Below are positions 38,258 to 48,914 of a stretch of 64,000 nucleotides of DNA, piece after piece (the first letter of the stretch is position 1; the number at the start of each line of letters is the position of its first letter). Under the pieces are notes generated by a model. That model was not told the DNA's origin. It did not search any database and worked only from the letters and a program-made list of their open reading frames with translations. The stretch covers positions 695,375 through 759,374 of the forward strand of contig CAXXHG010000043.1 in assembly GCA_963666315.2 (NCBI GenBank), given 5' to 3'. This DNA is from Candidatus Binatia bacterium (lineage in GTDB: Bacteria > Desulfobacterota > Binatia > Bin18). Made by a program: the position numbers and the translations under genes.

Positions 38258-39306
38258 GCACGATGCAACAGGCTGCTGACGATCAAGACATGGCGGAACG
38301 CATCCGCCAGTATATTGGGACACAGTTACCAAATGCGCCGGACATTCGTCTCGAAGCGATGGAGCGGATTGCTGTAGGCTGGTCGCATGAAACCTGGCTC
38401 TTTGACGCGCACTGGACCGAGAACGGCATACCGAAAACTCGCGGGCTGTGCCTGCGGCGTGATCCAGGCAACGCCTTGTTGCGGCACTTCTCGAATCTTG
38501 GCGAGCAGTTCCGTGTTCTCCAATGTTTAGAGTCCATGCCACTCCCCACACCCAAGCCGTATTGGTACGAGACCGACCCGAGCATTCTGAGCGCGCCATT
38601 CCTTGTCATGGAGAAAGTCGCCGGAACGTGTCCAAGTCCCTGGGGTTCGGCTGGCAGACGTTTCTATGCTGAGGCTGCAGAACGAGGCACACTCCCCGAG
38701 AGCTTTACCTCTGCTTTGGCCACGTTGCACACCATCGATTGGCAGGCGGCCGGTCTGTCGTTTTTGGGTGTGCCTGAGCCCGGAAAAGACTTCGCGCGGC
38801 GCGAAGTACAAAAATGGTGCGATCTAGTAGAAATCTCTCAGCAGGAGCCCCATCCGATCCTCGTAGACCTCATCGGCTGGCTGAAGGCCAACGCCCCTGC
38901 AACCGAGCGTCTGACGCTGGTCCACGGAGCCTATCGCACGGGGAATCTGTTGATCGACAATGACCAAATCTCTGCGGTTCTCGACTGGGAGCTACAAGTC
39001 ATTGGCGACCCGATGTACGACATTGCCTATGTGCTGACGGATCTTAACCGTGAGGGAAGTGAGTTACTGTCTCACCTTGTTGAGCGGGATACTTTTTTCC
39101 GGGACTATGAGAAAGCCACTGGGATCGAAATCGACGAGGAGGCCTGCCGGTATTACGGCATGCTGTACCAACTACGCTCAGCAGCCTTTTGGATGAGCGC
39201 GGCTGGTTTATATGCCTCAGGCCAGAGCGAGGACATTCGACTCGCCCGTACAGCCTGGTCCGTGCCCGTTGTCTTGGAAGGCGCAGCGCGCGCGCTCGGC
39301 TATTAA
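38254..39306 (+). CDS. APH-family phosphotransferase (ACAD10/LvaA-like), HGA instead of HGD
   Basis: GWSHET, LRRDP, FLVMEK, LVHGAYRTGN, VLDWE, GDPMYD. Confidence 0.88.
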   Translation: MSTMQQAADDQDMAERIRQYIGTQLPNAPDIRLEAMERIAVGWSHETWLFDAHWTENGIPKTRGLCLRRDPGNALLRHFSNLGEQFRVLQCLESMPLPTPKPYWYETDPSILSAPFLVMEKVAGTCPSPWGSAGRRFYAEAAERGTLPESFTSALATLHTIDWQAAGLSFLGVPEPGKDFARREVQKWCDLVEISQQEPHPILVDLIGWLKANAPATERLTLVHGAYRTGNLLIDNDQISAVLDWELQVIGDPMYDIAYVLTDLNREGSELLSHLVERDTFFRDYEKATGIEIDEEACRYYGMLYQLRSAAFWMSAAGLYASGQSEDIRLARTAWSVPVVLEGAARALGY

Positions 39307-39359
39307 ACCTCCATAGGCCCTCGGCGCTTACGGGCAAGGCGCAGGGCGGAGTGCCTCAG

Positions 39360-39524
39360 CTCAAAGGCTGGGGAGCAAAAATTATTGATCGTTTGGCAAC
39401 AGACTTACGCGCTGCATTTCCAAAAATGACGGGATTCTCACCTCGAAACCTCAAGTACATGAGAGCATTCGCTCAGGCATGGCCAGACGAGCAGTTTGTG
39501 CAACAGGCTGTTGCGCTGTTTTGA
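39360..39524 (+). pseudogene. Fragment of YhcG/DUF1016 N-terminal domain
   Basis: GWGAKIIDRLATDLRAAFPKMTGFSPRNLKYMRAFA...VQQAVA; no start, early stop. Confidence 0.8.
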
Positions 39525-39579
39525 GTCGTTGGCACCGAATCCCTGACTTTTCTGAAATTGGAGAATCGGCAAAGCTGTT

Positions 39580-39792
39580 TTATAGATCGTCGGGAGTGAG
39601 CCCGGTATAACGTGCGATACGCGCTAGCATTTTGGGGCCAATTTCTTGACGATCATGGAACGCAAACACAAAGTTAGGCCAGCCCTCCCGCTCGAGTACG
39701 CGGTGAGAACCGGACTGGCGTTTGATTGTCCAGCCGATACGGTTGAGAGCGGCAAGAACACGGCGAGCCCGTGACGATCGCCACGGGCTCAT
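39580..39792 (-). CDS. hicA: HicA family toxin
   Basis: GWTIKRQSGSH, FHD..EIGPKML. Confidence 0.88.
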   Translation of the reverse strand: MSPWRSSRARRVLAALNRIGWTIKRQSGSHRVLEREGWPNFVFAFHDRQEIGPKMLARIARYTGLTPDDL

Positions 39793-39989
39793 GCGGTAAC
39801 AAAAAGTTCTCCAAGCTCGGGCACGGTTTCGCCATGTTCAAGCCTGTCTGCAAGGGTGCGGAGCGCAAGCGCCTCAACCTTGGCCCGGACTTCCTCCGGT
39901 GTGGCCCCGTAGGCCATGACCCCTGCTAAGTCGGGGATTTCGGCAATCCAACGGCCATCTTCCTCTTGCTCAAGCTCAATACGTAGCAT
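39789..39989 (-). CDS. hicB: HicB family antitoxin (short)
   Basis: EQEEDGRWIAEIPDLAGVMAYGATPEE; ATGA overlap. Confidence 0.88.
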   Translation of the reverse strand: MLRIELEQEEDGRWIAEIPDLAGVMAYGATPEEVRAKVEALALRTLADRLEHGETVPELGELFVTA

Positions 39990-40137
39990 GTCGCGACCTC
40001 CGTGTTGTATGCCTTTTTCTCTACTCCTATCCTCACCTTAACTATCTGAAACTATAGGCAATTTTTACCTCTCGCCTCCAAGGCAATTCAGAAGAAAGCG
40101 AAAAACGGGTTAAAAAGACAACTCGCCAATGGCATCC

Positions 40138-41328
40138 TCACCCCTTCGGCAATCCCAATACCCGCTCGCCCATGATGTTGCGCTGAATCTCACTCGTGCC
40201 CCCAGAAATCGTATACTGCCGCGCGCTCAACACGCGATTGACCCAGCGCGGCGCGTCGGGCACAGCCTCTGACGGAAGGTCTACCACGGCATTATGGCCG
40301 AGCAACTCGCTGGCAAACGCAGCAATCCGTACGCCCAGCTCAGAGCTACACAGTTTGAGCATTGATCCTTCGGGACCCGGAGGTTGTCCTTTTAGCTGTT
40401 TGGTCAGCCCCCGCAAACGAGTGTATTTGAGACTTTCATTTTCAATCGCCAGTTGGGCGATGCGTTGACGCACCCAGGACTGTCTCCAGGCCGGCTCACC
40501 ATTGACCTCGACCTGACGTGCGAGCTGTGCCAAGCGCTTGATTTGATCACCCTGGCTGCCGCCGCCGGCGATCCCACGCTCAAACATGAGCGTGGTGATG
40601 GTCACCTTCCAGCCTTCATTCAACGGTCCAACCAAATTCGCTTTGGGTACGCGGACATCTTCAAAGAAAATCTCATTAAAATGGGCATGGCCGTTTATCA
40701 GGACCAGGGGGCGTACTGTCACGCCGGGTGTTTTCATATCAACCAGCAAATAGCTGATGCCTCTATGTTTGGGCGCATCAGGATCGGTGCGAACGAGCAT
40801 AAAAATCCAGTCCGCGTACTGCGCGCCCGAGGTCCAGACTTTCTGGCCGTTCACCACAAACTCGTCGCCATCTTCCACGGCTCGCGTTTGCAAGCTGGCT
40901 AAGTCTGAACCTGCACCGGGCTCTGAGTAGCCCTGACACCAGATATCGTCGCCGCGCAGTATGCGCCGTAGGAATTTTCCTTTTTGCGCAGCCGTTCCCC
41001 ACTGCATGAGGGTGGGGCCACACAGCGCAATGCCCGAGAAGCCAGGCAGGATAGGGGCCCGCGTCCGTGTGTACTCCTCGTCAAACACTACCTGTTCCAT
41101 CAACCCTGCTCCGCGTCCGCCGTACTCTGTGGGCCAGGGAATGCCGACCCAGCCACCTTCATACATTTTGCGTTGCCAGGCACGGCGTTTGTCAAACGTC
41201 TCCCGGTCGGGTGCAACGCGTTCATCCATCGCATCCTCGACGCACAACTCTGATGGCAGATTAACTTCCAGCCAGCTGTGCAAGTCTGCCCGAAATTTCT
41301 CTTGTCCAGGAGTGTATCGAAAATCCAC
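40138..41328 (-). CDS. Acyl-CoA dehydrogenase
   Basis: WCQGYSEPGAGSDL, NGQKVWTS, TISGGTSEIQRN. Confidence 0.93.
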   Translation of the reverse strand: MDFRYTPGQEKFRADLHSWLEVNLPSELCVEDAMDERVAPDRETFDKRRAWQRKMYEGGWVGIPWPTEYGGRGAGLMEQVVFDEEYTRTRAPILPGFSGIALCGPTLMQWGTAAQKGKFLRRILRGDDIWCQGYSEPGAGSDLASLQTRAVEDGDEFVVNGQKVWTSGAQYADWIFMLVRTDPDAPKHRGISYLLVDMKTPGVTVRPLVLINGHAHFNEIFFEDVRVPKANLVGPLNEGWKVTITTLMFERGIAGGGSQGDQIKRLAQLARQVEVNGEPAWRQSWVRQRIAQLAIENESLKYTRLRGLTKQLKGQPPGPEGSMLKLCSSELGVRIAAFASELLGHNAVVDLPSEAVPDAPRWVNRVLSARQYTISGGTSEIQRNIMGERVLGLPKG

Positions 41329-41345
41329 CGTATTCCTTCATTGAG

Positions 41346-42557
41346 CTACGCGGCTGGGGTGCAGGCAGTCCCCTTGAGGGCCACTCGAAGCGGCAGATGG
41401 GCCAAACCGACCAAACGATTATTATTCGTCCATTCACGATCACCCACGATCTCGAAGTTCTCGTACCGGCCCAGGAGTTCCTCGAACACGACCCGAATCT
41501 CCAGCCGCGCCAGATTGGCCCCTAAGCAAAAGTGCGAGCCAAGACCAAAGCCAATATGAAAATTAGGGTGGCGACTAATATCGAAGCGGAACGGATCGGC
41601 AAACTCATCTTCATCTCGGTTGGCCGACATCTCCCAGATGGTGACCTTTTGCCCCTGGCGAATACATTGTCCACCCAGCTCTACGTCGCGCGTGGTTGTA
41701 CGGCGTTTGTACACAGAAGGAGAGGTCCAGCGCACGATCTCTTCGACTGCGCCTTTCATGAGAGTCGGATTGCGCCGTAGCCGTTCAAGTTCGTGCGGAT
41801 TCTCGATGAGCGCGACGAGGCCGCCGGCAATGGAGCTGCGCGTAGTCTCGGCTCCAGCAGGGAAGAGCAAAGCAAAGAAAGCTCGCAATTCACGGTTGTC
41901 GAGCTGCGGCGAGCCATCTTCTAATTGAGCGTGGACAATAATCGATAAAATGTCATCGGTGGGATTGTGTCGCTTTTGTTCTACGATTGTATCTGCATAC
42001 GCGCCAAGGCGTTTGAGATGCTCAATCGCTAAGGCTTCGCCCGTTCCTGCGCCAATGGCAAGGTCAACAATATTCCCCAATTCTTCCCGATCTTCCTGAG
42101 GAATCCCGAGGATGATGCAAATGGCCTGGAGCGGCAGTTCACGTGCCACTGCTGGAACGATATCGAACGTTTCTCCGGGCGAGATGGTATCAAGGATGTG
42201 TCGGGTCCGTTCCCGGAGCTGGTCCTCCAGCCGCCCGATCATGCGGGGCAGGAAACCCGTGTTGACCAATTCGCGGAGTCGCCGGTGTTTTGGGTCATCA
42301 GTCTGGTTCAGCTGATACCCGTGTCCCTTGCCATCGAAAATCTGTGTCCCACCCAGCTCAGACGAGAACGTCTCTGCATCCTTGAACACCGTAACGACAT
42401 CATTATAACGGCTTACAACCCAGAATCCCTCACCGCCCGGCGTGTGTTCGGTGGGCGCGTGCCACCAGACTGGCTCCTCTCGACGCAGCTGACGGAAGAA
42501 CTCGTGCGGAAACCCTTGGGAGAACGTCCGGCCATAAGACAGATCAACAGACTCCAT
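41346..42557 (-). CDS. Cytochrome P450
   Basis: DDPKHRRLR, AGAETT, EEIVR, FGLGSHFCLG. Confidence 0.93.
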   Translation of the reverse strand: MESVDLSYGRTFSQGFPHEFFRQLRREEPVWWHAPTEHTPGGEGFWVVSRYNDVVTVFKDAETFSSELGGTQIFDGKGHGYQLNQTDDPKHRRLRELVNTGFLPRMIGRLEDQLRERTRHILDTISPGETFDIVPAVARELPLQAICIILGIPQEDREELGNIVDLAIGAGTGEALAIEHLKRLGAYADTIVEQKRHNPTDDILSIIVHAQLEDGSPQLDNRELRAFFALLFPAGAETTRSSIAGGLVALIENPHELERLRRNPTLMKGAVEEIVRWTSPSVYKRRTTTRDVELGGQCIRQGQKVTIWEMSANRDEDEFADPFRFDISRHPNFHIGFGLGSHFCLGANLARLEIRVVFEELLGRYENFEIVGDREWTNNNRLVGLAHLPLRVALKGTACTPAA

Positions 42558-42596
42558 GCATGCCTCTTCCTAGCCCGCCCTTACGAGCCCTTCTCT

Positions 42597-44084
42597 TTAA
42601 CCCACGGGATCGTAAGCTGCCAGTAATGGCGCAGCCATCTCTTCATTAAAATGAGCTTGGGTCCACGGCCAGCTTGCCGGCACGCCATTTTTGTCGAGAT
42701 ACCAACTATTACAGCCCGTTGCCCAGATAGACTTCTTTGCCGCTTGTGTCCGAGACTCTTCGTAGTCGGCTGTCGCTGAACGGCTGGCACTGATTTCTCG
42801 GCACTCACCCTTGCGTATTTTATCCATGAGCTGCATCACATAGCCAAGCTGGAGTTCAGCAATACCGATCAAAGAAAAATTACCAACCGGACCGTTCGGG
42901 CCATTTAACATAAAGAAGTTGGGGAATTCAGGAACGGAAATCGACAGATAGGCGACCGGATGCTCGGCCCACACGTCGTCGAGGTCGACACCACCCCGTC
43001 CGCGCACTGTCGTCGGTCGAATGAAACGATCTGCGCGAAAGCCGGTCGCCCGCACTAAGACATCTAATTCGTGCAGTTCGCCGTCTTGCGTCCGGATGCC
43101 TTTTGGTTCAATAGTTTCGATGCCAGACACGACGACATCTGCATTCCGATGCTGGATAGACTCGTAGAAATTGGGCGAGAGAATCAGACGCTTACACGCT
43201 GCCCGATAGTTGGGCCGCAGCTTCTCGCGGAGTTCCGGGTCTTTCACCGTCTCCTCGAGGTTGGCGAGGCAGATGGCTTCAATCTCCTTCATCTGTGGGG
43301 AGTCCGCATCAATGACTGCCGCGCTGAAAAGCTCAAAAAATTCATTCTGTTCTTCGCGCAGCGCATAAATTTTCTCAAGGTCATTGGCAAACGCCGCGCG
43401 CTCTTCAACTGCATAGGGAGCGTTCTCCATTTTGAATACCCACTGGGCCGTGCGCTGGAAGAGTTTGTAGCGCGCAACACGGTCAACCAAGGCGGTTGTA
43501 ATTTGGATTGCGGTCGAGCCGGTCCCAATCACGCCAACGCGCTTCCCATCCAACGGGACACTGTGATCCCATTCTGAACTGTGGAAAGAAGCACCTTCGA
43601 ACGTGTCGAGGCCGGGGATGTTCGGCTCGTTCGGATGGTGCAGGACGCCAGTCGCAGCAATGATAAAATCAGCCTGGTCTTCACGGCCACTGCTGGTTTT
43701 GATGTGCCAGCGCCCGTCAAAGAATTCACACGCGGTAATCTCTTCTCCGAAGCGAACCCGCTCTAGCACATTATATTTCTTCGCCACATTCTCGAAGTAA
43801 CTCCGTATCTCAGGACCTTCAGCAAAGACACTGCTCCAGTCCGGGTTGGGTTCAAACGAATAGGTATAGGAGTGTGAGGGGACATCGCAGGCGAGGCCGG
43901 GATAAGTATTCGCTCGCCACGTGCCGCCTATGGAGTCAGCTTTTTCATAGATGACGAAGTCGTCATAGCCAGCCTCGCGCAGCTTAATCGCAGACAGGAC
44001 GCCCGCCATGCCAGCGCCAATGATGACGACGCGCAGGGCATTTAGATTTTGCGAGTTTTGCAGAGTAGAGTTAAGTTCCGTCAT
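42597..44084 (-). CDS. Flavin-containing (Baeyer-Villiger-type) monooxygenase
   Basis: GAGMAG, GGTWRANTYPG, FEGASFHSSEW, GTGSTA. Confidence 0.93.
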   Translation of the reverse strand: MTELNSTLQNSQNLNALRVVIIGAGMAGVLSAIKLREAGYDDFVIYEKADSIGGTWRANTYPGLACDVPSHSYTYSFEPNPDWSSVFAEGPEIRSYFENVAKKYNVLERVRFGEEITACEFFDGRWHIKTSSGREDQADFIIAATGVLHHPNEPNIPGLDTFEGASFHSSEWDHSVPLDGKRVGVIGTGSTAIQITTALVDRVARYKLFQRTAQWVFKMENAPYAVEERAAFANDLEKIYALREEQNEFFELFSAAVIDADSPQMKEIEAICLANLEETVKDPELREKLRPNYRAACKRLILSPNFYESIQHRNADVVVSGIETIEPKGIRTQDGELHELDVLVRATGFRADRFIRPTTVRGRGGVDLDDVWAEHPVAYLSISVPEFPNFFMLNGPNGPVGNFSLIGIAELQLGYVMQLMDKIRKGECREISASRSATADYEESRTQAAKKSIWATGCNSWYLDKNGVPASWPWTQAHFNEEMAAPLLAAYDPVG

Positions 44085-44101
44085 ATTCCTTCTTTCCCTC
44101 C

Positions 44102-45331
44102 TTAGACAAAGCGTGGTGTCGTATACACCGGCAAGCCAAACGCTCGGCGACCAAGCAGGGCTTTACCTTCGATACCGGCAAACGGTTGATGGATGATGGC
44201 GGCCCGAGCATCGCGATACATCTGTTCCATCGGGTTCTTCTTGAATAGGCCGGCCCCACCGACCATACGCATAGCTTTATCCACAACCTGGAAACACGTT
44301 TCCATCACATACTGAAAACACGAAATCAGATTGACAAGATCCTCTTGAGTCCGCACGTTGATGTCGTCGTGCGAAGCCATGGCCTGGTGCAGCATAGCAC
44401 GTGCTGAGCGAAGGCCTATTTCCATTTCAGCGGCGAGCAGCTGATTACTCGGGTAGTGGGTCATGGGCTGATCAAACGGTTCTTGGCTACGCCCAGAGAC
44501 CCAATCCATGGCGAAGTCACGTGCAGCTTGGGCAAGGCCAATGTAACACGCTGGGCCGGAAGCGACCCAGATGGAGGAGGTAATATTGGCTACGGCATCC
44601 CAGCTTTGGATAGGTCGCAGAATAGCGGCATCCTCTGAGACAAACACATTGTTCCAGACAACATCATTACTCTGAGATGCACGGATACTCATCGTGTCCC
44701 AGTTACTCTGAATTTCGACGCCATCGGCGTTCGATGGGAAAAAGCACAGCAGACACTGGGGACCATTATCAGGATCTTCGTATCGAGCAGTGGTCAGCAA
44801 ATAGTCGGCACCGGCGGACATGGTTCCGAAACCACTTTTCCCTTTGAGCAAATAGCCGCCGTCCACCTTAGTGGCTTGGCGGGTCGTATCATTGATACCG
44901 GCAAAGCCGACCGAGCTGTTCATCTTAGGATCGCTGACCGGCCCCCCAAAAATAAGCTTGTCATTAAGTGTCGCCTTGAGCAGAGGCGCAAGCGCGTCCA
45001 GCGCCGGCCCTTTGCCTTGTTGATCCAGCCGCCACAGATCGGCAATGATGGCCACGACAATATGATGCATATTGACAGCAATAGCCATAGGCAAGTCGCC
45101 ATAGGCCAAACGCTCTTGGGCCATCGCTATTTCAAGCGGTGTCGCTCCCGCTCCCCCGAGTTCTTCCGGTACGATAAGCGCGGTATAGCCCGACTCCTTC
45201 ATCGCCTCCACGTTTTCATGTGGGAAGCTGCCTTCCTCGTCGTGCTGGGCAACCCGCGTTTTGAAATCGTCGGCGTGGGTGGCGGCCATATCGATGAAGC
45301 GTTGTTGTCTCTCAGTACGATTGTCTTGCAT
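44102..45331 (-). CDS. Acyl-CoA dehydrogenase-fold protein (flavin monooxygenase-like)
   Basis: VPEELGGAG, NMH, WDTMSIRASQS, MEQMYRD. Confidence 0.85.
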   Translation of the reverse strand: MQDNRTERQQRFIDMAATHADDFKTRVAQHDEEGSFPHENVEAMKESGYTALIVPEELGGAGATPLEIAMAQERLAYGDLPMAIAVNMHHIVVAIIADLWRLDQQGKGPALDALAPLLKATLNDKLIFGGPVSDPKMNSSVGFAGINDTTRQATKVDGGYLLKGKSGFGTMSAGADYLLTTARYEDPDNGPQCLLCFFPSNADGVEIQSNWDTMSIRASQSNDVVWNNVFVSEDAAILRPIQSWDAVANITSSIWVASGPACYIGLAQAARDFAMDWVSGRSQEPFDQPMTHYPSNQLLAAEMEIGLRSARAMLHQAMASHDDINVRTQEDLVNLISCFQYVMETCFQVVDKAMRMVGGAGLFKKNPMEQMYRDARAAIIHQPFAGIEGKALLGRRAFGLPVYTTPRFV

Positions 45332-45346
45332 ATTCTGGTCTCCTTT

Positions 45347-46884
45347 CTATGATTTTCGCATCACCTGATTCACATCATCCGGGTTGATCAGATCCGGAGC
45401 CGTCCAACCATCAAGATCATATTCGGCCATACATTGATCAACAAACGATTTGAGCTCTTCGACACGCCCGCTGGCAAGCCCAGCCGGCAAATTTTCGAGT
45501 CGGATGTTTTCATAGTTGCCGGCGTAATTACGCTCGTATAGTTCGTGCCGTCCGCCGAACTCCGTCCCAACCGCGTCCCACAGGATCTTGAGCAGCTTCA
45601 CCCGCTCAATCGCATCATAGTCGTTGGAACCACGCAAATACTTGTCCAGATACGGCCGCAGCTCAGGCGTTTTGAAATCAACTGCGTGTGAGTTGAGGTA
45701 GATCAATCCACTCGAAATCGTCTGTTCGATGATCTCCTTAATCCGAGGATATGCTGTGGTGGCCAACACCCGGTAGGCCATGCCGTACTCAGTGTTGGGC
45801 TGTACAGCACCGTTGACCCAGGGGTCGGGCGTCTTCGTCATCGCCTCAGTGAGTCCCCAGAACGTGTGACGCCAGGCCAACACCTCACCGACCTGAACCT
45901 GAGCGCTGCGTTGATCTTGTGAGCCAACGGCCTCCATCGCCTTAAGCAGCAACCCGGCTAGAAAGTCCAGCTTGACGGCAAAGCGGGTGCAGCCGTGTAA
46001 TGTGAACCGCGGGATGAAGCCCGACCGAGGGAAAATGCGTTCGCCTTGTCCAGGTCGCGATAAACAAAAATATTTTCCCAGGGGATAAGGACTTTGTCCA
46101 ATATAAGAATGGCGTCATTCTCATCCAGACGCGAAGACAAAGGATAGTCAAACGGACTGCCCATCGTAGCGGCATGAAGTTCGTAAGACGGCCGGCAGAT
46201 CAGCTTCACTCCGGCGCTATCTATGGGAATCATAGCAAATATTGCCATCTCAGGTTTGCCCAATGGCGTGGGGCCGTAAAAGCCAATGAAGTTATGATGG
46301 GTCAAGGCTGAGCCGGTTGCCACCACCTTGGCACCACTGACGATCACACCCGCATCGGTTTCTTTTTCTACCTGCACATAGACATCTTGCACTTCTTCAG
46401 GAGATTTGCCTTTATCGATAGGCGGGTTCACCAGCGCGTGATTGAGGAACAAGCAGCGTTCTTGGGTCTGACGATACCAACGGCGGGCATTGTCTTGGTA
46501 CGGCTCATAGAACTCGGCATTTGCTCCCAGCGTGCCGGTTAGGCTCGCTTTATAGTCGGGCGAACGTCCCATCCAGCCGTAGGAGATGCGCGCCCATGCA
46601 GCAATCGCGTCGCGACTGCCTACTAGGTCTTCCGTACTTTTCGGGACTTTGTAAAACTTATGCGTAAAGCCGCCGTTCCCAGTGTCAGTCTGCGTGGTTA
46701 AAGCTGGCTGTTTTTGTGGATCATGCAGGGCGTCATACATACGCGCCAACATCCGCGCCGAATTACGAAAGGCCGGATGCTGAGTCACACTCTTGACCCG
46801 CTCGCCGTAGATCCAGACCTCTCGCTCATCCTGTAAGCTGTCCAGAAACTCTTGGCCCGTAAGGGGCCTTTGGGTTTGGGCCAT
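45347..46884 (-). pseudogene. hpaB: 4-hydroxyphenylacetate 3-hydroxylase / phenol monooxygenase oxygenase subunit, single frameshift
   Basis: [39 protein letters not shown]; restoring one T in the T4 run near 46033 joins the two ORFs ([18 protein letters not shown]). Confidence 0.85.
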
Positions 46885-47163
46885 GGCATTCCCTCCGTCG
46901 GAGACCAAAACGTAACACTCGGTCCTATTCGATCTGACCCACCGACACAATCACCGACCTGCTCGCATGATCAGTTGATAGGCACAGTGCAACCAATGTC
47001 GTTATTTTACTATAGCGCGTGCCCAGTCCCAGCAAGCATCTGAACGAAGTTTCCCTATTCCTCATTCTTCAGAACAACGACTTGGAAACGGCTTGGAAGA
47101 CTGTGTACCACGCTGGCCGCTGAGAGACAGGAATGGTAGTTTTCCAGCCCAAAGGAGGACGTA

Positions 47164-48381
47164 ATGGCTGGAACCGCACTCAAACACGTTCTGGATGGAT
47201 TCACTATTTTAGATTTTACCCAGGTCTTGGCAGGCCCGACGGTCACTCGCCTCATGGCCGAGATGGGCGCCGAGATCCTTAAGGTCGAGCTCTCGCCCAC
47301 AGGCGATATCTCGCGCGCTTTACCCGCGCTGCGAGACGGGCGGAGCGCCTACTTCATTCAGCAGAACCGGGGTAAAAAGAGTTTGTGCGTAGATGCCAAA
47401 AATCCAGAAGCTTTGGCCATCCTCAAACAGTTGATCGAGAAAGTCGATGTCGTGGTCGAGAACTTTGCACCCGGTGTTATCGGTCGGTTAGGCCTTGACT
47501 ATGAAACTGTCAAACAGATCAACCCGCGCGTGGTCATGTGTTCCATATCAGCTTTTGGCCAAACCGGGCCACTCTCAAAACTGCCCGGCTATGACTATAT
47601 CGCCCAAGCTTATTCCGGCATTACGTCGATGATCGGCGAGCCGGACGGGCCACCGTATTTCCCCCTGCCCGGCATCGGCGATGTCAGTACTGGGGTGCAC
47701 GCAACAGCAGCCATCAACGCCGCGCTCTTGTACCGGGAACGCACGGGCAAGGGCCAGCACTTGGATATTGCGCTGCTTGACGCCTATTTCCACTGCCACG
47801 AACTCAACGTACAGCTGTACTCGTCCAGCTATGGCGCCATTAAGCCGACGCGGTCTGGCACCCAACATTTTGCCCTATGCCCAGGCGGGCTTTTTAAGGG
47901 TCATGACACCTATATCTTTGTTATCGCTCTGGATCATCAGTGGCCGGCCGTATGTCAGGCGATTGGTCGCCCTGAGCTGGCCAAAGACCCCCACTATGTG
48001 GACAATGCCGCCCGCGTCGAACGCATCCCCGAGGTGGTAAAGATCATAGAAGACTGGATTGCCTCCATGCCGAGTGACGATGCGGCCCTTCGCGCGCTGG
48101 AAGCGGTGCGTGTACCGGTCGCTCCAGTGTTGTCAGTCGAACAGGCGATAAATCATCCTCACCTGCAACAGCGAGGGACGGTCCGAACAGTGACTGATCG
48201 TGCTTTTGGAGAATTCCAAATTCCGGGCATGCCGCTCAGGTTTTCAGAGTTTCCGGACAGCCTCCCGCTTGAGGCGCCGTTTCTGGGCGAGCACAATGAA
48301 GAAATCTTAACTGGCTATTTGGGTTATACGTTGGAACAAGTCCAAGCGCTTGAGCACGACGGAGTGTTAAAGCGGGAGTAG
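47164..48381 (+). CDS. CaiB/BaiF family CoA-transferase (paralog of 18771)
   Basis: LDFTQVLAGP, NRGKKS, ENFAPG, APFLGEH. Confidence 0.92.
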   Translation: MAGTALKHVLDGFTILDFTQVLAGPTVTRLMAEMGAEILKVELSPTGDISRALPALRDGRSAYFIQQNRGKKSLCVDAKNPEALAILKQLIEKVDVVVENFAPGVIGRLGLDYETVKQINPRVVMCSISAFGQTGPLSKLPGYDYIAQAYSGITSMIGEPDGPPYFPLPGIGDVSTGVHATAAINAALLYRERTGKGQHLDIALLDAYFHCHELNVQLYSSSYGAIKPTRSGTQHFALCPGGLFKGHDTYIFVIALDHQWPAVCQAIGRPELAKDPHYVDNAARVERIPEVVKIIEDWIASMPSDDAALRALEAVRVPVAPVLSVEQAINHPHLQQRGTVRTVTDRAFGEFQIPGMPLRFSEFPDSLPLEAPFLGEHNEEILTGYLGYTLEQVQALEHDGVLKRE

Positions 48382-48689
48382 AGAACATCCAGAAGCCCAA
48401 CGTTTTCAGTAGGGCCAATAGATTCTGAGTAGAAAGAGAGAAAACAATCGTGATCAACCTGATGTCAGACGAGATCGCGAACCAGACGGAAAGCAGGCCG
48501 CAGTAGCCTTCCTATCACCTCTCACGAACAGTTACTTCAGGAGAGGCATATATTGCAAATCGCGTCCCTTTCGCTTTCAAGTGGCCCAATTTTCCCGGTT
48601 TCGTTGCCAGGGCTCTCTCCGCTGCAGGGAAATTTCCTAACCTCTCAATATTAAAGTTATTTCGGGGAACGTTCAGCGGTCGTACATGC

Positions 48690-48827
48690 CTGGCTCGCCT
48701 GTGGCAACAGCAGGATAAGAAGGAAGACGCCCAGCAGCTGCTGGCTGAGATTTACAACTGGTTCACCGAAGGCTTTGGCACCAAGGACTTGCAAGAGGCG
48801 AAGGAATTGTTGGAGAAGTTAACCTGA
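48690..48827 (+). pseudogene. C-terminal TPR remnant of an adenylate cyclase/AAA-ATPase-type protein
   Basis: LARLWQQQDKKEDAQQLLAEIYNWFTEGFGTKDLQEAKELLEKLT*. Confidence 0.8.
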
Positions 48828-48914
48828 GATAGATGTTTGTCATTCATGAGCATCGCTGCCTGGTTCTATTTCCACACCTATTGTGAAGACCTCCACTGAT
48901 GCTAGAGTGACCGC

